The translations under genes and the position numbers were made by a program. The notes below the pieces were generated by a model. It made no database searches and had not been told where the DNA came from. It saw only the letters and a program-made list of their open reading frames with translations. This document shows positions 47,700-64,000 of a DNA stretch of 64,000 nucleotides, piece by piece. This DNA comes from the human T2T-CHM13v2.0 reference genome, Homo sapiens, in the NCBI RefSeq assembly GCF_009914755.1, contig NC_060930.1; one strand, given 5' to 3'. How positions within the stretch are numbered: the stretch's first letter is position 1; every line of letters begins with the position of its first letter.

Positions 47700-49724
47700 A
47701 TTTTGCCTTAAAGGAGGGGAGGGCCAGGTCTCTCTCTTGGGTCTCCAGGAGAACAGCTGTCCATAGGAAGCCTCAGCACTCCCAAAGCCCACAAACTCCA
47801 TGGCCTCAAGTGATGATCAAAGGTCTTCCCCGTCCCCTCTGCATCTTCCTCCCTTCTTATGAAACCAAGAGCCTCAGAATCACCACAGTTGAGGCCTCTT
47901 CTTCCCTGGAAAGCCAAATTTTGGGCTGCCAGGCTAGAGTGTTCTAGAACGTCCCTCCGTGAGTCCACAATCCACTCGGAGGAGCAGTGACCCCGTGAAG
48001 GAAGTACCCTTTTCTTCCACTAACCAGGTTTCTCTGGGGAGTCCCCAACTTCTTTTCTGCCACTGCCAGAGGAGTCTGGAGGCTCCAGAGACCTGAGAAA
48101 CCAAGAGGGTTTCCAGACCAGCAGCACTGGCCCCAACCTGGGAGCGCATTCCTAACTTAACTGAATCAGAATCTGCATCTTACCGGGTTTCCCAGAGGAG
48201 TCGGATGCACATTAAATCTGGCCATGAGGGAGCCACTGTGGGGCAAGGGGGAGGATTTGAAAGCTGACTCCAGGAACCACAGAAATGGCAAGTTAAGGCG
48301 TCAGATGAGGGTCTCCCCGGCACTCATTATCTAGCTGTCAATCCACCTAGCACCTCACAAACACTGACCTAAAACTCCTTTCTACTTCCACCCCCGTTCC
48401 GGGGAGAAACCTGGGGATTAAAGACAAGGTCTGGCATTAATGTGAAGAAGCTTTAGGATGCCAACCGGGGGCAAATGCGCCTTTAGCAAAATAAAGCCAG
48501 GCTCATTACTTCACAAGAAATAGGGCCAAAGTTACATTAGTAAAAGCAATATAAATTCCATGATGCCCCACCTTACCGAGGGGAAGCACCCACCTGCCAC
48601 ATACAGTGTCTTTGTGTGACTTAGAAAAAGGTGGCAGAAGCCGGCTTTGCTACTGGACAGCACGTTTAGGTGAAGGAAGAGGTGCCCCTCTTCCACATGG
48701 TTCCAGCCCCCATGCACCCTGTCAGCAGGATACCTTGGGTACAGCCCTAAGCTGTGACCTGGAAACCCACAGAACAGAAAAGACATGTGACCAGAGAGCA
48801 GGGCGGCCAACACCTGTGCGCCAGGTCACTCAGGGTCCCTCCAGCTATGTCAGTCAAGAAAACAGCGTCATCTGCTGGTCTTATCCAGCATGGTAACAGA
48901 ATTTATTCGAATCTATTGACAATGCCCACTTCTTATTTTTAAATGTTAATTTTCTCCTTACAAAAAGAATATCATCATATTACAGAAAAATAAGAAAAAC
49001 GTCAGCCACAACCTCACTACCCTAATCTAATGCAAATTAGCATTTTGGTGTATTTCCTCCAAATCTCCTCAGGTGAGCGCTGCTGCTCTGTGGACATCTC
49101 CTGGCCCAGTGACACATTCCAGGCCCTGCGTGTAGGGAAGATGAGCACATTCTAGAAACTCATGTCAGAACCGGCCTTCAGTCCCCCTGCACAGTGATAT
49201 GAGCTCTCCCTCCTGGTTCCCATCCCTTCCCCGTGCAGCTGTCTTCCCATTGTCTCTGATCTTGAGTTTGGTGATCTGTTGGTCAGCACCTTAGGCCCCC
49301 TCCTGACTTGTGATGCCCACTCCTTCTCTCCCCACCCCCTCGTTGCCAATTTGCTTGCTCCTCCGTAGCTCAGGGCCTCTTTAGGCAGTTGGCCTGGGGA
49401 AAGCTCCCACTTGGCTCAGTCCAGAGCCCAGCTAACTATGATCTCTACGTTGACCAAATGGTATAGTCCAGAACCATTTCCTTCCCGCCTTGAACCCAGC
49501 GGATGGAATTTGGGTCCTTTTCCTATATGCATATATCATCTTACTTGATTGCTGTCTGCCTTGACCCTACGCCTTAAGTCATTTCAGCTATAGGGCCTCC
49601 CGAGATCAACAGAGTTCACAGCAAGTACCCAAACCCTCCTTTCTGTTTGTACTCATTTGGCCTTTAATGCACCACCAATCCTCTTTTGAAAAATCTTATT
49701 GTGGCTTTTTGAATATTAAAAAAA

Positions 49725-49859
49725 TCTTCAAACAAGTTTTTAAAATATCATATTAGTTCTAACAGCTGATCTTGAGATCCACACATCGCCAGATGGACAA
49801 GCCCTGCAGGAGGGATTCCAAATGCACAAGAAGTTAGCCAGCTGAGATTATTTTGAATC
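49725..49859 (+). repeat. Copy 2 of the dispersed duplication
   Basis: Aligns with 47564-47699. Confidence 0.9.
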
Positions 49860-49866
49860 TGAGTAA

Positions 49867-50326
<460 letters not shown>

Positions 50327-51421
50327 TGACAATTCCCAAAGCCGACCTCTTCTCAGCGAGGTCCTGAGGCAATCCTAGAGGAGCATTTGCAATCGAGTAA
50401 GCATGCAAATGTGTGTCCTATGGTGTAAAATAAAATGTTTTCCATGTTGCCCGATAATTCTTTAAAATCAAATTTTAATGACTGACGTATCTTTGTAACA
50501 TGTCATAATTTGCTTAGCCATTTCCCAATTGCTGGAATTGAGGTGGTTTCCAATATTTTGAATACCTAACTAATACAGTGATGAATAACTTGTACCAAAA
50601 ATTTTGAATTATTTTCCTAAGAAACATTCCTAGATGTAGAGTCACTGGTTTACAGAATTTCAATATTTTTGTGGTCCTTGGTATATATTTCTCAAATTGC
50701 TCTCCAAAATGACGGTACCAGCTGAAAATGCCACCAGTGATGTCTAGGCATACTGGTTTCACAGCACATTGCTCAGAATGTCTTCTTTCATCCTTCAACA
50801 AACAGGTACTGTCTTAGGGGCTGGTGAGATGAAAACAAAATTCTTGCTGCTGCAGAGCTCAGATTCCAGTGCAGGAAAGAGACAACAACATGGAAAATAC
50901 CATCACGTAAGTACTTATCAGATGCTACATGAGACAGATGGGAACATCTAATGCTGCCTGAAACTTCACAGAGGAGATGACATTCATACTGAAATTGAAA
51001 GAATGAGTGATTCACCAGGCAACAGGAAAAGAGAGGGCTTTCAAGCAGAGACAACAACACGGGCAAAACCAAACAATGGAGGTGAATAGCACGTCATGTT
51101 CCAAGAATGGCAAAAAAGCTGTTCAGTTAGGCTTGCAGACAAATAGAGTGTGTTTGGGAGAAGGGCAGGAGAGGAGATCCTGTAGAAGTTTGTACTTTTA
51201 TGACAAAATGTCTGGATTTCATCCTGTAGGCAATGGGAAGCCACGGAAGCATTTTAAGCAAAATAATTTCATGATTTGCCTTCATTTACCCCTGATTATA
51301 GATTCTGATATAGATTTGTTTCTGGTATCTTTTTATAAAAGCAAAAAGCCATTGGCAGGAGTATGAAGAATGAATGGAGTGGAAGTGGACCAGAAGCAGA
51401 ACTCATTAAGAAGTTGTCTCT

Positions 51422-52204
51422 GCCAGGTACGGTGGCTCACGCATGTAATCCTAGCACTTTGGGAGGCTGAGGTGGGCAGATCATGAGGTCAGGATTTTGA
51501 TACCAGCCTGGCCAGCATGGTGTAACCCCATCTCTACTAAAAAATACAAAAATTAGCTGGGCATGGTGGTGTGTGCCTGTAATCCCAGCTACTCAGGAAG
51601 CTGAAGCAGGAGAATCACTTGAACCTGGGAGGTGGAGGTTACAGTAAGCCGAGAGAGATCGCACCACTTCACTCCAGCCTGGGAAACAGAGGGAGACTCC
51701 TCAAAAAACATTTATTTTCCACAGTTCTAGAGGCTGGGAAATTCAAGATCAGGGTGTCAGCTGGTTTGGTTCCCTGGTGAAGGCTCTCTTCCTGGCTTGC
51801 AGCCTTCTCACTATGTTCTCATATGACCTCTTCTTTGTGAGCTCTTCGAAGGAAAAAGAGAGCTTTGGTGTCAAGAGATAAATATCCACATGGCCAATAA
51901 GTATCTGAACTGTTGCTCAACATCATTAGTCATTAGAAAAATCCCAGCACTTTGGGAGGCCAAGGTGGGCAGATCACCTGAGGTCAGGAGTTCAAGACCA
52001 GCCTGGCCAACATGGTGAAACCCCATCTTTACAAAACAAAAATTAGCTGGGTGCGGTGGCGCAATCCTGTAATCCCAGCTACTTGGGAGGCTGAGGCACG
52101 AGAATCACTTGAACCTGGAGGTGCAGTTTGCAGTGAGCCGAGATTGGGCCTCGGCACTCCAACCCGCATGATAGAGCAAGACTCTGTTTAAAAAAAAAAA
52201 AAAA
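51422..52204 (+). mobile_element. Two Alus (51422-51708, 51941-52204) around a MaLR fragment (about 51710-51860)
   Basis: Alu consensus; cacagttctagaggctgggaaattcaagatc is MLT/MST-like. Confidence 0.8.
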
Positions 52205-52239
52205 GAATTTAGCTAAGTCATAGGATGCTATAGTGATAA

Positions 52240-53755
52240 TGTGTCCGGAATTGGTGGGTTCTTGGTCTCACTGACTTCAAGAATGAAGCCGCAGACCCTC
52301 GCGATGAGTGTTACAGCTCTTAAGTTGGTGCGTCTGGAGTTTGTTCCTTCTGATGTTCGGATGTGTCCGGAGTTTCTTCCTTCTGGTGGGTTCGTGGTCT
52401 CGCTGGCTCAGGAGTGAAGCTGCAGACCTTCGCGATGAGTGTTACAGCTCTTAAAGCAGCGCGTCTGGAGTTGTTTGTTCCTCCCAGTGGGCTCGTGGTC
52501 TCGCTGGCTTCAGGAGTGAAGCTGCAGACCTTCGCGGTGAGTGTTACAGCTCATAAAAGCAGCGTGGACCCAAAGAGTGAGCAGTAGCAAGATTTATTGC
52601 AAAGAGCGAAAGAACAAAGCTTCCAGTGTGGAAGGGGACCCGAGTGGGTTGCCACTGCTGGCTCGGGCAGCCTGCTTTTATTCTCTTATCTGGCCCCACT
52701 CACATCCTGCTGATTGGCAGAGCTGAGTGGTCTGTTTTGACAGGGCGCTGATTGGTGCGTTTACAATCCCAGAGCTAGACACAAAGGTTCTCCACGTCCC
52801 CACCAGATTAGCTAGATACAGAGTGTGGACACAAAGGTTCTCCACGTCTCCACCAGATTAGCTAGATACAGAGTGTGGACACAAAGGTTCTCCAAGGCCC
52901 CACCAGAGTAACTAGATACAGAGTGTCCATTGGTGCATTCACAAACCCTGAGCTAGACACAGGGTGCTGACTGGTGTATTTACAAACCTTGAGCTAGACA
53001 CAGAGTGCCCATTGGTGTATTTACAATCCCTGAGCTAGACGTAAAGGTTCTCCACGTCTCCACCAGACTCAGGAGCCCAGCTGGTTTCACCCAGTGGATC
53101 CCCGCACCGGGGCTGCAGGTGGAGCTGCCCGCCAGTCCCGCGCCGTGCGCCCGCACTCCTCAGCCTTTGGGTGGTCGATGGGACTGGGTGCCCTGGAGCA
53201 GGAGGCGGCGCTCATCGGGGAGGCTCGGGCTGCACAGGAGCCCATGGAGCGGGTGGGAGGCTCGGGCTGCACAGGAGCCCGTGGAGGGGGTGGGAGGCTC
53301 AGGCATGGCGGGCTGCAGGTCCCGAGCCCTGCCTCGCGGGAAGGCAGCTAAGGCCCGGCGAGAAATCGAGCGCAGCGCTGGTGGGCCGGCACTGCTGGGG
53401 GACCCAGTACACCCTCCGCAGCCGCTGGCCCGGGTGCTAAGCCCCTCATTGCCCGGGGCCAGCAGGGCCGGCCGGCTGCTCCGAGTGCGGGGCCCGCCAA
53501 GCCCACGCCCACTCAGAACTCCAGCTGGCCCGCAAGCGCCGCGCACAGGCCGGGTTCCCGCTCGCGCCTCTTGCTCCACACCTCCCTGCAAGCTGAGGGA
53601 GCCGGCTCTGGCCTTGGCCAGCCTAGAAGGGGGCTCCCACAGTGCAGCGGTGGGCTGAAGGGCTCCTCAAGTGCCGCCAAAGTGGGAGCCCAGGCAGAGG
53701 AGGCGCCGAGAGCGAGCAAGGGCTGTGAGGACTGCCTGCACTCTGTCACCTCTCA
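52240..53755 (-). mobile_element. LTR12C-like solo LTR (ERV9), full length, CpG-rich
   Basis: Minus strand starts TGAGAGGTGACAG and ends ...ccggacACA; 4-bp TSD ATAA (52236-52239 / 53756-53759); repeated CCAAT-containing units. Confidence 0.93.
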
Positions 53756-53817
53756 ATAATAAATAAAAATCATTTTTCTACATACTAACAATAAAAACAT
53801 TGATTGGAAAATGAAGT

Positions 53818-54744
<927 letters not shown>

Positions 54745-54769
54745 TAACAATATAATTTCCATAGCATTA

Positions 54770-57175
<2,406 letters not shown>

Positions 57176-57289
57176 AACAACAAAAGCTACTTTAAAAGAT
57201 CATCTTGACATCGTTGACTCTTAACACTTCAGAATGTGTTCAATACATATGGTGACATTTTTTGGTTACTCCAAGTTGTGACAGCATAA

Positions 57290-57540
57290 CCTGTGATTAG
57301 GAGCACTGGAGTCTGGAGTCAGACTGCCTTGGCTCAAATTCTGAGTCTGTCATTTACCAGCTGTGTGACATTGGGCAAGTTTTTAAAATACTTCGTTTCT
57401 GTATCTCACTTTCTCACCTGTGAAACGAAGATTAGCAGTACCTCCTTTACATGGTTGTTGTAAGGATCAAGTGAATAGTTATATTTAAACACTTAGAATA
57501 GTACTAGGCAGGTCATAAGCCCTATGTAAATGTTAAGCCA
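57290..57540. mobile_element. MIR
   Basis: tctggagtcagactgcc...ctgtgtgacattgggcaagt MIR core. Confidence 0.75.
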
Positions 57541-57918
57541 AATCTCAATGTACAGATCAATTATAAGGTAAATGGAAGAGGTGATAAGCATTTTTTAAAA
57601 ATCAGCAGTTAATGTGAAATCTTTTCCCTGCCACAAAGAAGGAATTTGTGGTGTAGTGAGTCTGCAACACTGTGTTACATGTATTAAAATTTTGAATCGT
57701 GATGCAGTCTGATATGACATGGTACTGAATGCGTTATTCCAGTAGGAGGAGCTCTCAGCAAGAGTTTAAAAGCACAGACACAGAGCCCAGCCCGCCTGCA
57801 GTCTCAGCTACTTGGGCGGCTAGAGTGGGAGGATAGCTTCAGCCCAGCAGTTCAAGGCTGTAGGGCACAATGAATAGCCACTGCTCCAGCCTGGGCAACA
57901 TAGTGAGACTCTGTCTCA

Positions 57919-57949
<31 letters not shown>

Positions 57950-58063
57950 CAAAAACATCGATAAGGTCCCTGGGGGAGCCAGACCTTCCATGTCTCTAGA
58001 ATTTGTCCTTACTTAGCTCTCTGTGTCATGGTAGGGCAATAAGGAAATAAAATGCTGCTACAA

Positions 58064-58064
58064 A

Positions 58065-58113
<49 letters not shown>

Positions 58114-58132
58114 ATCTATCTATCTATCTATC
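58064..58132. repeat. (CTAT)n tetranucleotide microsatellite
   Basis: Directly visible. Confidence 0.95.
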
Positions 58133-58200
58133 TTTTTCCCTTAGAAGCAGTACATTGGAATAAATGAATTTGTTTCAGATTTCAGACTTAATTTCCACTA

Positions 58201-58962
<762 letters not shown>

Positions 58963-59385
58963 TCTCTTCTTTTTATGCCACCCATGTAAAAAAGTTTACG
59001 AGGCTTTCTTGGCCTCAGACTTCAAATTTACCCTTATGTTTCCATATAAAAAAGTCTATAAAGAACCTGTACAACTATATATATAGCTATAGTGTATATA
59101 TATATGGTTATATAGAGTTTGTAGCAGCATTTTATTACATGGTATATATAAAAAGCTACACAGACACTCTGGAGATCCCCATTAGCAAAAATAATTTTAA
59201 ATAATTTTAATCATTACAGGAAAAAGAGGATTCTGGACTAAAATTATTTTCCAAATAAACCACAATATCCTAACATGTGGACCACATATGTAGCTTGTTC
59301 CTGAATCTCATTGTACCATGCTGGCATCCCGAGCTTTTACATGTTTGTCATTTATTTCATAGTCGCCCTTGAAAAGCATGATTTA

Positions 59386-59710
<325 letters not shown>

Positions 59711-59842
59711 TCAATGAAAGGGGAGATGTCTCACTAATTTCAGGTTGCTAGGCAACTAGTCGATTCCACTACATCTCTTCTATTGCTCTGGAGATACAGA
59801 AAGGTTGGGAGAAAGTATGTACTATTTAGGTTAAATATATAT

Positions 59843-59843
<1 letters not shown>

Positions 59844-59888
<45 letters not shown>
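59844..59888. repeat. (GATA)n microsatellite
   Basis: Directly visible. Confidence 0.95.
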
Positions 59889-59890
<2 letters not shown>

Positions 59891-59922
59891 TTTTTCTAAA
59901 ATAGAATCATTTCTAAGACAAC

Positions 59923-60604
<682 letters not shown>

Positions 60605-61171
60605 AAATCTGTTTTTCTTAAAACTGATATCAAAGGCAAGTCTTTTTAGTACTGGCATTATTGTCACTGTATGTGTTTAGGGCTGCAAGGCCTGAACTTC
60701 AGTGGTTGATGATTTCGTGTAGGGACTCTTGCCTATAATTAAATGTACTCAGTTTATGATGATTCGTTTGGTATGTGATCTGAAATCATTTAGAAATATG
60801 AATTTTTCATCTCATATTTGTACTTCTTAAAATAATAATTAAAAACCTAAAAATAGCACTCATTATTAAAATTGCTAAAGATAGAATCCTTAACTAGTAT
60901 CCCTCATCACTTTATTTAAAGGTCAGGTAATATCAAGGCAAAACTAGTCCAACCACCTTTCCAAGCTTGAACCTTCTCTGTCCCATGTTCTACCCCTGCC
61001 AAGTTGTTGCTTGGTCTAGTCTTTAGTATCTCCAGGAAAACTCACTACCTTTTAGCATAGCTTTCTCTAGTTCTCTCTTTACCTAAAATATACATAAATA
61101 AATACTAGTTAATCTGTAGAACCTTTCCCACAAATGTTTAGTATTATTTTATTTGAGACTATTGTAGCTTT

Positions 61172-62190
<1,019 letters not shown>

Positions 62191-63045
62191 TTTTTATGTG
62201 AATTCCTAATTTATCCATCCATTCACTCATCCATTCATCTGTTAATTTGTTTATTTACCATCCATTCAATTATTCATCACATACTCACTACCTGCTGCTG
62301 GGCTCGGCATGGGAATAGGGAAAAAACAGTAAACATGAAACTTGCTCTTTTTTCTCCTAAGGCCCAAAATGTTCCTGATGCCTACGTAGAGCTTCAGTGC
62401 TTCAAAATAGCTTAGTATCTATGTTAATATTAGCGTAGTTTTCAGAGACTTCACAAAATGGAATTTTAAAATTGTTTTTATTCTTCTGTTTTTTGTCTTT
62501 ATTTTTTAACTTTTTTTTTTCTGCTCCCACTTCACTGGGATTATTTTATACTCCTTTAGCAGTCCCATGTAGATGTTTCTTGGTAGTCAGCCCTCCATCA
62601 CAAGTGATTCAGGAATCCCAGCCCTTTCCATCTGGTGGCTTCATTCTCTAGGGCCTCAAGTTCTTTACACCTAGCTGGCTGGCAGGGGAAGAGAACATGT
62701 GGAGAAACACACCCATTTCTTAACTGCCTTGGCCAGGAGTGAGATACATCATTCCGATTGCAAGTATCAGTCACATGGCTCCACTTGGAGGTAGGGAGGT
62801 ACTAGGAAATACAGTCTCTTGCTGGGCAGAGACTTCCTGGTTACAGTTCTATCACATGAGAGGACTCGTGGTGTACAATTAGCTGTCTCTGCTGCAATAC
62901 CCAAAACACTTGCATGATTTTGCAGCTGTGAGTAAGATTATTTCGACATAGATAAATCACTGCTGGGATTGCTTACTTTTGTGGTCTAATACTTATATAA
63001 TACTTAAATGTTTAAGTCTTTCAGAGATTATCTTCCTCCATCTAA

Positions 63046-63412
63046 TTTTTTTTGTTTTGTTTACCTTATTTTTCTTTTTTTCTGATACAAGGTCTTGCTC
63101 TGTCACCCAGGCTGGAGTGTGCCATGGCATGATCATGGCTTACTGTAGCCTCAACCTCCCAAGTTCAAGCAATCCTCCCACCTCAGCCTCCTGAGTAGCT
63201 GGGACTACAAGCCTGTGCCACCATGCCTGACTAATTTTTAAAAATTTTTTTAGAGATGGGCGTTTCCCTGTGTTGCCCAGTTATAACATATATAACATAT
63301 GTATTATATATGTTATATAATACATATATATATAAACTCCTTGGTTCAGGCTATCTTCCCACCTAGGCCTCCCAAATTGCTGGGATTACAAGGCTGAGCT
63401 ACAGTGCGTGGC
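63046..63412 (-). mobile_element. Alu (J-type) with internal AT-rich insertion
   Basis: Reverse Alu interrupted at 63281-63334. Confidence 0.85.
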
Positions 63413-63913
63413 TTTTTTTTAATATAACAAAATTTATTTATTCAGTGTCTGCTAAGTGATTCTCTTTGGAGCAATGCTTAATTACAGTATAAAGTTATGA
63501 CATGACATTTGTATCCATTGGTCCTATTAATAAACATCAGTTGCAGAGTATGAAGTTTGCAGTTACAAAATCTAAGTTTTTTACTGAGTAAAACTGAAAA
63601 TGGCTAGCATTTACATAAAAATGGACAATTTTGCAAAATAGAAGTGATAATGGCACACAGTCCTAATTAGAAGGCTTACTTTCCTAAGAGCATGTGAGTG
63701 CCAGTGTATTTTCACTAGGTTTTGTCTTTTTGACATCTGCTTTTTTACAGTGCTGATGATTTCTGTTAATTTCATGAATGACACCTTTATCACATTTCAA
63801 TCTATGATCTTTTTTTTTAAAGTTTTGTCTTAAGGCTTCAGTGTCTTCATTTGGAAAATAGTGTCATCATCCACAAAGACCTGGTAACAAACAGTGCATA
63901 GAAAAGTCATTGA

Positions 63914-64000
63914 GGACCGGATGCAATGGCTCAGGCCTGTAATCCCAGCACTTTGGGAAGCCGAGGTGGGCAAATCACATGAGGCCAGGACTTCGAGACC
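63914..64000 (+). mobile_element. Alu 5' portion, truncated by the window end
   Basis: Alu left-arm consensus. Confidence 0.88.

Noticed and set aside
52740-53070. Regularly spaced repeats resembling a CRISPR-like array
   Set aside because: Internal tandem units of LTR12; no unique spacers, no cas genes, eukaryotic context.
53005-53759. 217-aa and overlapping ORFs; apparent second CpG island
   Set aside because: GC-rich U3 region of LTR12C, not a host gene.

Overview
Primate (most likely human) genomic DNA, recognised from two protein sequences as the SERAC1/GTF2H5 locus (6q25.3 in human). A CpG island at about 11.2-12.1 kb acts as a head-to-head bidirectional promoter. SERAC1 runs leftward on the minus strand, with a non-coding exon 1 (about 11664-11524) and a first coding exon (1753-1662, [13 protein letters not shown]...). 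GTF2H5 (TTDA/p8 subunit of TFIIH, 71 aa) runs rightward with a non-coding exon 1, coding exon 2 (13914-13948) and coding exon 3 (35388-35568), followed by a probable long, repeat-rich 3' UTR. The rest is mostly transposable elements: more than 50 Alu pieces, a near full-length decayed L1PA, solo LTRs (MER9, MER4, LTR6, LTR12C, MaLR types), an Hsmar2 mariner, MER5/MER3, MIR/L2 and microsatellites. I found no new protein-coding gene or novel multi-gene system. The strongest leads are: (1) a roughly 330-bp non-Alu, non-L1 retroposed insert with an A-tail and target-site duplication inside the Hsmar2 transposase; (2) an L1 antisense-promoter/ORF0 region with splice donors pointing at GTF2H5 exon 3; (3) a dispersed 135-bp duplication whose first copy is bounded by splice signals. 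Repeat family names come from my recollection of consensus sequences, and repeat boundaries are approximate unless a TSD is quoted.
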